NCBI GenBank assembly: GCA_905182585.1
Contig: CAJJCC010000001.1
Span: forward strand, 96 to 64,095
Source: an uncultured Flavobacteriales bacterium
GTDB taxonomy: Bacteria > Bacteroidota > Bacteroidia > Flavobacteriales_C > GCA-002722245
Reading direction: 5' to 3'
Length of the DNA: 64,000 nt
The notes beneath the pieces were generated by a model. The model ran no database searches, was not told the origin of the DNA, and saw only the letters and a list, made by a program, of their open reading frames with translations. Shown in pieces: positions 40,178 to 50,230 of the stretch; the stretch's first letter is position 1, and every line of letters begins with the position of its first letter. The translations under genes and the position numbers were made by a program.

Positions 40178-40632
40178 TTAGTAAGAAACCTTAATTGGAA
40201 CCTTATGCATAATAGGGACTTCCTTACCTAGTTGTTTACCAGGAATTAGATTTGGAATTGCTTGTACAGCTTTTATACAAGGAGAATTTAATGTTTTGTG
40301 CGCCGATTTGATTACTTCAATGTTGGTGACCTCTCCTTTTTTATTTACGATAAACTTTACATAGCTTGTTCCAGCTATTTATTTTTTATTGCCTTTTCGG
40401 GAATCACGAAATTTTCACTGATATATTTATTGATCAACTTACGAGTACACTTATTTCTCTCCATATTATTTTTACCCTTACATTCTTCAAAATATGGCAT
40501 GTTTTTAACAAACACTAATGCCTTTTCTTCGAGTTTAATAATATTAGAATCAATGGCTAGTGTTATAGAGTCAGACTGTGAGAAAATAGCAATTGGAAAC
40601 AGCTAGAATACAATTAAATTGAAATACTGCAT
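40178..40632 (-). pseudogene. disrupted TonB C-terminal-domain protein gene
   Basis: On the minus strand, MQYFNLIVF is followed by an in-frame TAG (40603..40605), then LFPIAIFSQ... Frame A ends at the TAG at 40375..40377. The TonB_C-like tail (GTSYVKFIVNKKGEVTNIEVIKSAH..IPGKQLGKEV..) continues in another frame to the stop at 40178. Confidence 0.5.
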
Positions 40633-40684
40633 TAGAAAAGGATTGAAAATAAAAAAGCCGATCTAAAAGACCGGCTTAAATATG

Positions 40685-40755
40685 TTACCCAACAGGGACT
40701 CGAACCCCAACTAACAGTACCAAAAACTGATGTGCTACCATTACACCATTGGGCA
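40685..40755 (-). tRNA. tRNA-Gln (anticodon UUG)
   Basis: 71-nt cloverleaf by hand: acceptor TGCCCAA/TTGGGTA, anticodon loop TTTTGGT, T-arm with GGTTCGAGTCC. No encoded CCA. Confidence 0.85.
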
Positions 40756-41003
40756 ATAACGGGCGCAAATTTAACTAGTTTTTTTTTATTATCAAAGGAT
40801 TTTGAATAGTTTTTGAAATCAAATGTTATTTCTTACGTTCTTTAACGTTTGAATTCTACTGTTTTTGCCATCTTTTTGCTAGATTTGCACGTTATAAATT
40901 ATACTTTGCAATGATCTTTTGGAGCGTATTCAAGAGACGTTAAATAAACTTAAGAAGAGTTAATAGAGATTCGTTCTATTTAATCAGTCTTTAATTTTAG
41001 AAA

Positions 41004-44000
41004 ATGGAAAAAAAATATTCATTTATTAATAACGTAACTGGTTGGGCAGTTTTGTTATTCTCATCAATAATTTACATTCTTACAATTGAGCCAACAGCAA
41101 GTTTTTGGGATTGTGGGGAATTTATAGCTTCGGCAACTAAGCAACAAGTTGGTCACCCTCCGGGAGCTCCGTTATGGAGTATGATCGCAAGAATGTTTGC
41201 TTTTGTTTCAGAAACCTTAACAGGTGGAACGGAACATATCGCAGCTGCGGTTAATGTACTTTCAGCTTTGTGTTCATCATTTTCTATCTTATTCCTTTTC
41301 TGGAGTATTACAGCGTTATCTAAAAAGATTGCTTTAAAAGCAGGAGGTTTAACTTCAGGTGCAATTTGGATCACTCAATTTAGTGGTGTTGTTGGAGCAT
41401 TAGTTTATACTTTTTCTGATTCATTTTGGTTTTCAGCTGTTGAAGCAGAAGTATATGCAGCTTCTTCATTGTTTACAGCTGCTGTTTTTTGGTTAGCATT
41501 AAAATGGGATGCCAATGCGCATAAACCTCAATCAGATCGATATTTAATATTGATCGCTTACTTAATGGGATTATCTATTGGAGTTCACATTTTGAACTTA
41601 TTGGTTATTCCAGCAATCGTTTATATCTATTACTTTAATAAAAGTAAAGTAACTCCTAAAGGTTTTGTTTTAGCAGGGATTCTTGGAGTTCTTTTATTAG
41701 GTGTCATTCAGCAAGTAGTAATCTCTTACTCAGTTGAATTTGCAACCAAATTTGAATTGTTTTTTGTGAATGAATTAGGATTTGGATTTGATGGTGGAAT
41801 GTGGGTCTACTTTCTCTTTATTACAATTGCAATCATCGCAGGTATTCTTTATACAAAGAAAATTAATAAACCAAACCTTCAGAAGGCAATTCTAGGAGTG
41901 ATGGTAATCTTGATAGGCTATTCTTCTTTTGCTATGATTGTAATTCGTTCAGCAGCGAATCCTCCGATGGATGAGAACAATCCAGAAAATATTTTATCAT
42001 TACTTCCATATCTAAATAGAGAACAATACGGTGATCGTCCATTAATGTTTGGTCAAACTTTTAACAGTAAACAAGATGCTAAAACTCCATATACTGATGG
42101 AAATCCTGTTTATAACAGAACCGATCAAGGTGAATTCGGTTACCCCGCTAAAATTAGAGTTAAGAATATTAAAGATAAATGGATTGTTGTAAAGGAAAAT
42201 GATAAGTTTTCGTTTATTAAAAATGGTGATCAAATACTAAAAATTAATGGAAACCCTATAATACCACAGTTAGAAGCAGCGTCATTTGATTTGATTGAGT
42301 TAGGAGAATTCTCTGATGAAATGAGTGTTGAAGTGACCTACAAAAGAGATAAAGTGAAGTCTACAAAAGACTTGCAAGTAGGAAGGTATTTTGTAGCTGA
42401 TGAAAGAAAAAACCATAAACCTAAATACAATGAAAAAACTTGCATGTACTTCCCAAGAATGTACAGTTCACAAAGTCATCACGTAGGTGCATATAAAACT
42501 TGGTCTGGATTTAAGGGTAAATCAGTAACTGTAAAAGTTAATAATAGAGGAACACTTCAAAGAGAGAAAGTGAAAATTCCAACTTTTGGGGAAAACTTAA
42601 GATTCTTTGCTGATTATCAAATAAACTTTATGTACTGGAGATATTTCATGTGGAATTTCACTGGTCGTCAAAATGATATTCAAGGACATGGAAAAGCGCG
42701 TGGTAGTGATGCCGTTTTAAAAGGAAACTGGTTAAGCGGAGTTCCTTTTGTTGATAATGCACATTTAGGTGATCAATCTACATTACCAGAAACGTTAAAA
42801 GAAAATCCAGGAAGAAATGAGTTTTATTTCTTGCCTTTGATTTTAGGAATTATAGGAATGGTTTTCCAGTTTACTTATAATCGTAAGGACGCTTGGGTTG
42901 TAATGTTATTATTCTTAATGACTGGTCTAGCAATTATTATTTATCTGAATCAAACCCCATTTCAGCCACGTGAGCGTGATTATGCATATGCAGGTTCGTT
43001 TTATGCATTTGCGATTTGGATCGGACTTGGAGTTCAAGGATTGTATTATTACATGATTGGAACGAAAAAGACAACTGAAGAAATTACAATTGAAACTGGA
43101 AAGTCCGGAATTGAGGCAAAACTATTAGCCTTAGGTATTTATGAAATATCATTGACTTCAGTATTATTTATTGTTTTGGGAATTGCTGCAGCGGGAGTTT
43201 CAGATGATCAAGTATTCGGTTTTTCTTGTTTATTTATAGGTTTAATAATTGGAGTATATACCTTAATATCGGCAACTTTAGGTAAAGCAATATCAAGCAA
43301 TAAAGGGAAAGCTATTTTAGCCTTCGCTCTTACTAGTTTTATTCCTGTTATAATGGCATCCGAAGGTTGGGATGATCATGATAGAAGTGATAAATATACA
43401 GCAAGAGATTTTGCTAAAAACTATTTAGACAGTTGTGATAAAAACGCGATTATTTTTACAAATGGTGATAACGATACATTTCCACTATGGTATGTACAAG
43501 AAGTGGAAGGTTATAGAACTGATGTAAGAGTTGTAAACTTAAGTTTATTGAATACGGATTGGTATATCGATCAAATGAAAAGAAAGGCCTATGATGGAGA
43601 GGCTGTGCCGTTTTCGATGACGAAAGATATGTATCGCCAGGGAACAAGAGATTACGTTTATATTCAAGAGAAATGGAAAAATGGTTTTCATGATTTGAAA
43701 AAAGTAATGGACTTTGTGAAATCAGACGATGCAAGTACTAAAGTTAGAATGACATCAGATGTTTATATGGATTATTTACCTACAAGTAAATTCTCTGTCC
43801 CAGTAAATCCAGAAGTTGTATTAGCCAACGGAACTGTATTACCTCAGTTTGCAGATAAGATACCTGAAACAATGGATTGGAAAATTGGAAAAGGAGCCGT
43901 ATTAAAAGCGAAGTTGATGATTCTCGATTTATTAGCGCATAATAATTGGGAACGTCCAATTTACTTTGCAATTACTGTTGGAAATGATCATTACATGAAC

Positions 44001-44837
44001 TTAGAAGATTATTTTCAATTGGAAGGTCTTGCCTACAAAGTAACGCCAATCAAGCACAATAATAAAGGAGGAACTGGTTGGGTTAACGTTGAGAAGATGT
44101 ACGATAACTTGGTGAATAATTTCCATTGGGGTAATATGGAGAAGAAAGGTGTTTATATGGGTGAGCAAGTTCAAAGAATGACTACAAATTATCGTAATAA
44201 TTTCGCGAGATTAGCAAGGGAGTTAACCCTAATAGGTGATACAGTTAGGGCCATAAAAACGCTAGACCGATGCATGGAAATTATGCCGCCAAGTAAAATT
44301 CCAATGCAATATTTTAGTGTTTATTTAGGCGATGCGTATTACAAGGCAGGTGCAGCTGATAAAGCAAATAACGTGATGGAAATCATCGTTAATAAGTATT
44401 TAGCTGAGTTAGAATGGTACTTAGAACAAAAAGACAATATTGGGTTGAAATTAGCTCCAGAGCTTGAGAAAGGACTTCAAGGAATTAATACAACTAAATA
44501 CTTTATTGGCAATAATGCACGATTAATGGAAGCAGGAATAGCTTATGTTGAAGTGAAAGATTTGGTCTCTGCGAAGGCATATATAAATCGATATGCACAG
44601 CTTTTATTAAAAGGAAAAGATTCGAAAAGGTTGAAGAGCGCACTGAAATTTGTTGAAGGTATTAATGATATGGATATTGCAGTCAATTTCATCAAACAAA
44701 ACTTTGAACCAATCATGAGGCCTGTTGACAAAGGAGTATTGGATACAACTAACGCGTTATCAAAAAGGATTACCGATTTCATGTCTTCAAATGATAGTAA
44801 AATCGATAAATTTTTGAAAAAAGCAGCTAGAAAATAA
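41004..44837 (+). CDS. DUF2723-type giant polytopic membrane protein (putative glycosyltransferase-C fold)
   Basis: 1277 aa. N-terminal hallmark EPTASFWDCGEFIASATKQQVGHPPGAPLW, many TM helices, and a C-terminal TPR-like helical region. Confidence 0.7.
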   Translation: MEKKYSFINNVTGWAVLLFSSIIYILTIEPTASFWDCGEFIASATKQQVGHPPGAPLWSMIARMFAFVSETLTGGTEHIAAAVNVLSALCSSFSILFLFWSITALSKKIALKAGGLTSGAIWITQFSGVVGALVYTFSDSFWFSAVEAEVYAASSLFTAAVFWLALKWDANAHKPQSDRYLILIAYLMGLSIGVHILNLLVIPAIVYIYYFNKSKVTPKGFVLAGILGVLLLGVIQQVVISYSVEFATKFELFFVNELGFGFDGGMWVYFLFITIAIIAGILYTKKINKPNLQKAILGVMVILIGYSSFAMIVIRSAANPPMDENNPENILSLLPYLNREQYGDRPLMFGQTFNSKQDAKTPYTDGNPVYNRTDQGEFGYPAKIRVKNIKDKWIVVKENDKFSFIKNGDQILKINGNPIIPQLEAASFDLIELGEFSDEMSVEVTYKRDKVKSTKDLQVGRYFVADERKNHKPKYNEKTCMYFPRMYSSQSHHVGAYKTWSGFKGKSVTVKVNNRGTLQREKVKIPTFGENLRFFADYQINFMYWRYFMWNFTGRQNDIQGHGKARGSDAVLKGNWLSGVPFVDNAHLGDQSTLPETLKENPGRNEFYFLPLILGIIGMVFQFTYNRKDAWVVMLLFLMTGLAIIIYLNQTPFQPRERDYAYAGSFYAFAIWIGLGVQGLYYYMIGTKKTTEEITIETGKSGIEAKLLALGIYEISLTSVLFIVLGIAAAGVSDDQVFGFSCLFIGLIIGVYTLISATLGKAISSNKGKAILAFALTSFIPVIMASEGWDDHDRSDKYTARDFAKNYLDSCDKNAIIFTNGDNDTFPLWYVQEVEGYRTDVRVVNLSLLNTDWYIDQMKRKAYDGEAVPFSMTKDMYRQGTRDYVYIQEKWKNGFHDLKKVMDFVKSDDASTKVRMTSDVYMDYLPTSKFSVPVNPEVVLANGTVLPQFADKIPETMDWKIGKGAVLKAKLMILDLLAHNNWERPIYFAITVGNDHYMNLEDYFQLEGLAYKVTPIKHNNKGGTGWVNVEKMYDNLVNNFHWGNMEKKGVYMGEQVQRMTTNYRNNFARLARELTLIGDTVRAIKTLDRCMEIMPPSKIPMQYFSVYLGDAYYKAGAADKANNVMEIIVNKYLAELEWYLEQKDNIGLKLAPELEKGLQGINTTKYFIGNNARLMEAGIAYVEVKDLVSAKAYINRYAQLLLKGKDSKRLKSALKFVEGINDMDIAVNFIKQNFEPIMRPVDKGVLDTTNALSKRITDFMSSNDSKIDKFLKKAARK

Positions 44838-44845
44838 AGGTCTTA

Positions 44846-45478
44846 GTGAAGTATATTTATAAAACAAGATGGTGGATGAAGTGGTGGTATCCATCACTTA
44901 TATGGGAAATTAAGACTTCGAGTAAAGATGTTTACTTAACTTTCGACGATGGTCCAGATCCTGAAGTGACCCCTTGGGTTTTAGATCAGTTAAAAGCGAA
45001 TAACGCGAAGGCAACATTTTTTTGTGTAGGAGAAAACGTAGATAAACACCCTGATGTATACAGACGGATATTAGCTGAGGGCCACGCTGTTGGAAATCAC
45101 ACTTACAATCATCTAAATGGCTGGGAAACGCCCTATGATAAGTATATCATAAATGTTAAAAAATGTGGGCATACTTTTGGTTCGCATTTATTCAGGCCGC
45201 CTCATGGTCGAATGACTCGCAAACAAATAAGAAAACTCAGCCCTCGTTATAAAATTATAATGTGGAGTTTATTGAGTGGTGATTTTGATAAAAGTATATC
45301 AGCTACAGAATGTGCTTATAATACAGTTCAATATACTGAACCGGGTAATATTATTGTTTTTCATGATAGCCAAAAAAGTAAAGAAACATTATACGGTGCT
45401 TTACCAAAGATTTTAAATCACTTTTCTAATACACAATGGGGAATGAAAAGTATTGACATAAAACAATTAGGGAAGTAG
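44846..45478 (+). CDS. polysaccharide deacetylase (NodB homology, CE4)
   Basis: 210 aa with GTG start. Motifs TFDDGP, HAVGNHTYNH and LFRPPHG. Confidence 0.85.
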   Translation: MKYIYKTRWWMKWWYPSLIWEIKTSSKDVYLTFDDGPDPEVTPWVLDQLKANNAKATFFCVGENVDKHPDVYRRILAEGHAVGNHTYNHLNGWETPYDKYIINVKKCGHTFGSHLFRPPHGRMTRKQIRKLSPRYKIIMWSLLSGDFDKSISATECAYNTVQYTEPGNIIVFHDSQKSKETLYGALPKILNHFSNTQWGMKSIDIKQLGK

Positions 45479-45594
45479 TTTTTAATTAGGAATAAAATTT
45501 AATTTTGAAATAGTTAATAAGTTCTTTATGTGAAATATTGCGCTATTCTCGAATAAAATTATCTTTGCATTTGAAAAAATATAATCAATAAAAA

Positions 45595-46278
45595 ATGAAG
45601 AATTTATCAGTAAAAATAGCCGTTTTTGCAATTGTTGCATTTGGAATGGTTTTATCATCTTGTAACTCTACAATCGAAGTTACTAAAAGGCAACATCGTA
45701 AAGGATACCATGTTAGTGTATCAAAAAAGAACTCAGATATTTCTTTAGAAAAATATCAGGAAGAGGAAGTTGTTTTAGAAGCAACTAAGAAGCGAGTTGT
45801 AAATGATGCTTTAGTTGACTTAATTAGTTCAAAATCTACGGATGGAAATGTTGAATCGAATAACTCAAATATTTCGGATAACAAAAATGTAGAGACATCT
45901 CAGGAATCATTGAATTATAAAATTAAAAAGCCTTCTTTATTACAAACTGTGAAGGCGGTTAAAAAAGCAAGAAAAGATTTTAAGCAATTGAAAAAAACAA
46001 CTGTTAGTAATACTTCTTCTGACGAAGATTGGGATATTAGCAGTGATATGATGTTTGTATTGATGCTTATATTAGCCGTTTTATTGCCTCCTGCAGCAGT
46101 ATTCTTAATTAAAGGGAAATCTAACGCATTTAATTTAAACTTTATTCTTTGGTTAATCGGGTTTTTAGGAGTTGGATTATCAACTACTGCTATAGCTGGA
46201 TTTGGATTTGCTTGGTTAGCAATGGTATTGGCTATTGCCCATGCGCTACTTGTTATCTTTGGGAATTCTTCTAATTAA
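45595..46278 (+). CDS. lipoprotein-like N-terminus fused to a YqaE/Pmp3-type membrane domain
   Basis: 227 aa. Lipobox VLSSC, a low-complexity S/N/K-rich linker, and a C-terminal LILAVLLPPAAVFLIKG Pmp3-like helix plus two further TM helices. Confidence 0.55.
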   Translation: MKNLSVKIAVFAIVAFGMVLSSCNSTIEVTKRQHRKGYHVSVSKKNSDISLEKYQEEEVVLEATKKRVVNDALVDLISSKSTDGNVESNNSNISDNKNVETSQESLNYKIKKPSLLQTVKAVKKARKDFKQLKKTTVSNTSSDEDWDISSDMMFVLMLILAVLLPPAAVFLIKGKSNAFNLNFILWLIGFLGVGLSTTAIAGFGFAWLAMVLAIAHALLVIFGNSSN

Positions 46279-46285
46279 TATATAT

Positions 46286-46349
46286 ATTAAAATAGCATAA
46301 AAAAAGGGAGAGCTTAATTAAGCTCTCCCTTTTTTTATGCTATTTTAAT
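46286..46349. terminator. perfect 64-bp palindrome acting as a bidirectional terminator
   Basis: ATTAAAATAGCATAAAAAAAGGGAGAGCTTAA|TTAAGCTCTCCCTTTTTTTATGCTATTTTAAT. GC core GGGAGAGC/GCTCTCCC with A7/T7 flanks. Lies between convergent genes. Confidence 0.7.
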
Positions 46350-46363
46350 TAACTCTAATAATA

Positions 46364-46849
46364 TTAATGCGCATGCCCATGTTCTAGTTCTTCTTTTTCT
46401 GCTGCTCTTACTGCAATAATTTCAACATCAAAACTTAGGTTCATTCCTGCTAAAGGATGATTTAAATCCAACACAACTTCTTCCTCCTTAATTTCAGTAA
46501 CAAATGCTAAAACCGGACCTTGTTCTGAATCTAATTGGACTTCCATACCAATTATTAGTTCCTCATCTTTTTCCGGTTTAAATCCACTTTTTGGTAAAGT
46601 ATGCATAGCTTCTTCGTTTCGCTCACCATATGCTTCTTTTGCATCTACTTTAATAAGCTCCTTAAAACCAATTTCTTTTCCTTCTAATTGAGCTTCTAAT
46701 CCAGGGATTAACATTCCAACACCTTGTAGGTACGAAAGAGGTTCTCCACCTACAGAGCTATCAATAGTGTCTCCTTCATCCGTTGTTAAAGTATAATGCA
46801 TCGTAACAACGCTTTTGTCTTGAATTTTCATTGTAAAATATTTTTTCAA
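46364..46849 (-). CDS. slyD: FKBP-type peptidyl-prolyl isomerase, SlyD-like
   Basis: 161 aa. FKBP core with an inserted IF-like flap and a His-rich tail (LEHGHAH). Confidence 0.8.
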   Translation of the reverse strand: MKKYFTMKIQDKSVVTMHYTLTTDEGDTIDSSVGGEPLSYLQGVGMLIPGLEAQLEGKEIGFKELIKVDAKEAYGERNEEAMHTLPKSGFKPEKDEELIIGMEVQLDSEQGPVLAFVTEIKEEEVVLDLNHPLAGMNLSFDVEIIAVRAAEKEELEHGHAH

Positions 46850-46926
46850 AGGTAGGAGTTTATACTATTCTCTGCTACTAAAGGAGTGTAATAATTATTG
46901 TAAAATAATTTAGATTTGTATCTATT

Positions 46927-47628
46927 ATGAAGAGAAAAGTTTTGTTAGGATTGATTTGTTTTAGTTCGATGATTTGTTTTGGTTTTGAAAGTGACTTGAT
47001 TTCAGAAAGACCAGGTCAGGCTTATACACCATATTGCCTTAAGAGTGGAGAGGTTCAATTTCAATTAGGTGCCAATATTCAAGAGTCTGTATTTAATAAT
47101 AACGTTATTCGTTTTGGATTAGGTGAGTTTTTTGAAATTAGTACTGTTATCGATTATACTTTTGAAAACAAGCTATTTGTAGCTCCCAATGTTGGATTCA
47201 AATTATTGTTGAAAGAGAGCGATAGAAACATTTATTCTTTACAATACGGAACAAACCTACACCAGTTTACCGATGATTATTTCACCAATACGTTATCTTT
47301 TATTTCAAGTCACACCTTGTCGGATAAGGTTGGCGTTACTTTTAATGGAGGGATTAATTACATGGCAAGTGAAGACGAATTGTCTAATAATTATGTTTTA
47401 AGTCTAAGTTTTAATCCAACATCCAAAATTGGTTTAGTTTTTGAAAATTACGGAGAATTGAATGATTCTTTTAAAAGTTATTTTGATGTAGGTATAGGAT
47501 ACCTTGTTTTTCCAGTTTTACAAGTCGATACTTACCTAGGGACAGGACTTGAAAATAAGAGCGAAGATTTGTTTATTAATTTAGGCTTAACTTATCGATT
47601 CGATTCAAACAGTAAATCATATGAATAA
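46927..47628 (+). CDS. outer-membrane beta-barrel (MetA-pathway/transporter-like)
   Basis: 233 aa. Signal peptide, SERPGQAYTPY N-terminal motif, alternating strands, and a terminal YRF-like strand. Confidence 0.45.
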   Translation: MKRKVLLGLICFSSMICFGFESDLISERPGQAYTPYCLKSGEVQFQLGANIQESVFNNNVIRFGLGEFFEISTVIDYTFENKLFVAPNVGFKLLLKESDRNIYSLQYGTNLHQFTDDYFTNTLSFISSHTLSDKVGVTFNGGINYMASEDELSNNYVLSLSFNPTSKIGLVFENYGELNDSFKSYFDVGIGYLVFPVLQVDTYLGTGLENKSEDLFINLGLTYRFDSNSKSYE

Positions 47629-48742
47629 AGTATTATTAGTTTTTTGTTTGTTTTTAAGCTTCTGCTCTTTCGCCGTGAAGGTTGCTCCGTCAGACTCAAA
47701 CTTTACGTATACAGGAAGGTTTGATTTCAGCGCTAAAAAAGTTGTTTCATTTGGTTATACAGGGGCTAAAATTAAGTTTGATTTTAAAGGAGAAGTTTTA
47801 AGTATTGGTCTTTCTGATTGGTCAGATGGATTCGCAGAACATGAAAACTATTATAATATAATACTAAATGGAAAAGTCATAGATGTAGTAAAAGCTACTG
47901 CTGGATTGAAATACTATAAAATAGACCTGCCTTCTAATGATGTATTTTATAAGATTGAAATATTTAAACGAACCGAAGTAGCTTGTGCTATAGGTGTTTT
48001 TCATGGTGTTAAATTTAATGTAGGAGAGTTACGTAAATCAATTAATATCAAAAGAAATATCGAATGGGTAGGAGATTCCTTTTTGTGTGGTTATGGTAAT
48101 ATGGTTTCAAATAACCCTCCTCCAAATGGAAACCCAAGTACTGGCTTTCATGCAAAAAATGAAAATGGATATGAGTCTTTTGGTGCAATTACATCTAGAG
48201 CTTTAGCTGCAAACTTTTATTCAGTTGCTATTTCTGGAAGAGGAGTTTCTCGTAATTTTGATGGTTCAACAACCGGAGTTATTCCGTCTATCTATGAATT
48301 AATTTATCCCGATAGTTTAGGTGCAAAGCATTATTATTTTGAGATAAATCAAGATTTGGTTGTTATAAAACTAAGCACCAATGATTTTGGTCCGGAAATT
48401 CAAAGTCCTGCGATATTATTAGATTCTACAAGTTTTGTTAAAGCATATCTTAGTTTTATTGATATCGTGGTTAAACATAACCCCGAAGCAAAAATTATTT
48501 TGGCAATAGGTGGCGGCTTATCTGACGGGTACCCTCTAGGTTTAAAAAGGTTGAGTAGATGTAGATCTTGGGTTAAGGTCATTTTAAACGAGTCAAAATT
48601 AGCGCATTCAAATAAATTTGCTTTTTTTGAATTTAAAACCATTTCTGCCCCTTATGGTGAGGACTGGCATCCAACCATAAAATCTCAAAATAAAATGGCT
48701 AAAGAAGTTACACCTTTCATTAAGGAATTTATGGACTGGTAA
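47621..48742 (+). CDS. SGNH/GDSL hydrolase with N-terminal beta-sandwich (CE2-like esterase)
   Basis: 373 aa. Signal peptide, block I IEWVGDSFLCGYGN, and a late D-W-H-P block (GEDWHPT). Overlaps the previous gene by 8 nt. Confidence 0.65.
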   Translation: MNKVLLVFCLFLSFCSFAVKVAPSDSNFTYTGRFDFSAKKVVSFGYTGAKIKFDFKGEVLSIGLSDWSDGFAEHENYYNIILNGKVIDVVKATAGLKYYKIDLPSNDVFYKIEIFKRTEVACAIGVFHGVKFNVGELRKSINIKRNIEWVGDSFLCGYGNMVSNNPPPNGNPSTGFHAKNENGYESFGAITSRALAANFYSVAISGRGVSRNFDGSTTGVIPSIYELIYPDSLGAKHYYFEINQDLVVIKLSTNDFGPEIQSPAILLDSTSFVKAYLSFIDIVVKHNPEAKIILAIGGGLSDGYPLGLKRLSRCRSWVKVILNESKLAHSNKFAFFEFKTISAPYGEDWHPTIKSQNKMAKEVTPFIKEFMDW

Positions 48743-48791
48743 TCTATTAAAGCATCCTTCAATTCCTTATCTTCACAATCAAATCGATCCC

Positions 48792-49979
48792 ATGAAATTA
48801 ATATATTCTCTTTTACTAATTACTTTCTGTCATAGTATTTACGCTAATCCGTTTGAAGTTTTTACAACTAAGAATGGATTAATAAATAACCACGTTAACT
48901 GTATTGAGAAAGGATCAGATTTTTTGTGGATTGGTACAAATAAAGGGATTAATAGAATTGTATTTGAAGGAGGTAAGCCGATTAAGTTTTCGCCAAGACG
49001 AACATCTGTTCCTGTTTTAAGTTTGGAGGATGACGGTAAAAATGTTTGGGTTGGGTTAAAAGGTAAAGGTGTTTATTGGATGCCTAAGAAAAATTATAAA
49101 TTCATCGGATTTAGAAAAGATATTCTTGGGGATAAGACAATTATAGGGATTGAACGAAAAGGAGATCTTTTGTATATATTAACTCCTCATATCAAATACA
49201 CTTTTAACGTTACGAAAAAATCATATCAAACGGAGAACATTGAAATGCCTTCCAACTATAACCCTGTGATTAAAGCTGGGGGTAAAGAGCTTCAAGTTTA
49301 TAAAGGTGTTTTGTCACGGTACAACGCAGCGACTAAGTCGTTTCGTTCATTTAGCCTTGCAGTTAAGCCTTTAGTCAATACTTCATTTCGAAATAGAGAA
49401 GTGATTGGGAGTGAAAAAGGATTGATTTTTTATGACGCGGATTTAGATACCATTCATTTTGGAGATCCGCTCATGATGTTATCACAATTTTCCATTAACG
49501 GAGAAGATACATTAACTGATGACTTGGATTTAAATTGGGATGATTATGTTTTCAACTATCAATTTGATTTTAAGGAGCTAGGAGAACAAGAAACAGTCAG
49601 TTTGACATACACGTTAGCTGGTAATAATACTGAGTTCTCGGATACCGTAAATGCTGTTGAAGGAATTGAATTGAAAGGGTTAGAACACGGTGATTACGTT
49701 ATAAAGGTTTCAGCCTCCAACTCCAAAGGAATTGCTGCAGTAAATTCTTTGAAGTATAAATTTAGTATTGCCAATCCTTTGAAGGACTCGATTTGGTTGT
49801 ACCTAATTATAGCTCTAATTACTGGAGTATGGACCATGTTAGTTATAAGAATTACAGTTTCAAAATATAAGAAGGATGTTAAGGTATTAGAAGATGCTCT
49901 TTTAGAAAAGACGAATAAATTAAATCAAATTGAAAAAGCTCAATATGGTTTGGTAGACGATCAGGAGGTTAAGCTTTAA
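48792..49979 (+). CDS. sensor-like protein (propeller repeats + Y_Y_Y/Ig-like region + single TM) without an output domain
   Basis: 395 aa. Two-component-regulator-propeller-like repeats (TKNGLINNHVNCIEKGSDFLWIGTNKGINRI), GDYVIKVSASNSKG, the TM helix IWLYLIIALITGVWTMLVIRI, then only about 45 aa of coiled-coil tail. Confidence 0.45.
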   Translation: MKLIYSLLLITFCHSIYANPFEVFTTKNGLINNHVNCIEKGSDFLWIGTNKGINRIVFEGGKPIKFSPRRTSVPVLSLEDDGKNVWVGLKGKGVYWMPKKNYKFIGFRKDILGDKTIIGIERKGDLLYILTPHIKYTFNVTKKSYQTENIEMPSNYNPVIKAGGKELQVYKGVLSRYNAATKSFRSFSLAVKPLVNTSFRNREVIGSEKGLIFYDADLDTIHFGDPLMMLSQFSINGEDTLTDDLDLNWDDYVFNYQFDFKELGEQETVSLTYTLAGNNTEFSDTVNAVEGIELKGLEHGDYVIKVSASNSKGIAAVNSLKYKFSIANPLKDSIWLYLIIALITGVWTMLVIRITVSKYKKDVKVLEDALLEKTNKLNQIEKAQYGLVDDQEVKL

Positions 49980-50230
49980 TTATTTTACTTTTCACCGATT
50001 AAATTATCGATGTAATAGTATGTTATTGAATTTTAGTAAAAAACGAAGTGATTTACAACAATTACCGTTTAGATATTTAGACTCGATAAGTTTTTCAATT
50101 TAATTAACAATAGGTTCTTATCATACATAACCCGAAAATTGATTTTTTATATTTCTCAATAATTCTTTTTTTAAGAAAAAGTCAGTTTTTTACAATGCTA
50201 TTTTAGGGTTGAAATGATAAAGAGGATGAC

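Noticed and set aside
40603-40605. Possible TAG reassignment or read-through, because in-frame TAGs interrupt the TonB-like gene (40603) and the second IS3 transposase (59802, 60174).
   Set aside because: TAG is used as a genuine stop by intact core genes in the same window, for example thrB and thrC. The affected genes also carry frameshifts or other lesions, so ordinary pseudogenisation is the simpler reading.
40298-40606. A 102-aa plus-strand ORF in the gap between the RNase E/G gene and tRNA-Gln.
   Set aside because: It is the antisense shadow of the disrupted TonB_C-like gene on the minus strand. Its sequence is Phe/Leu/Ile-rich with no features.
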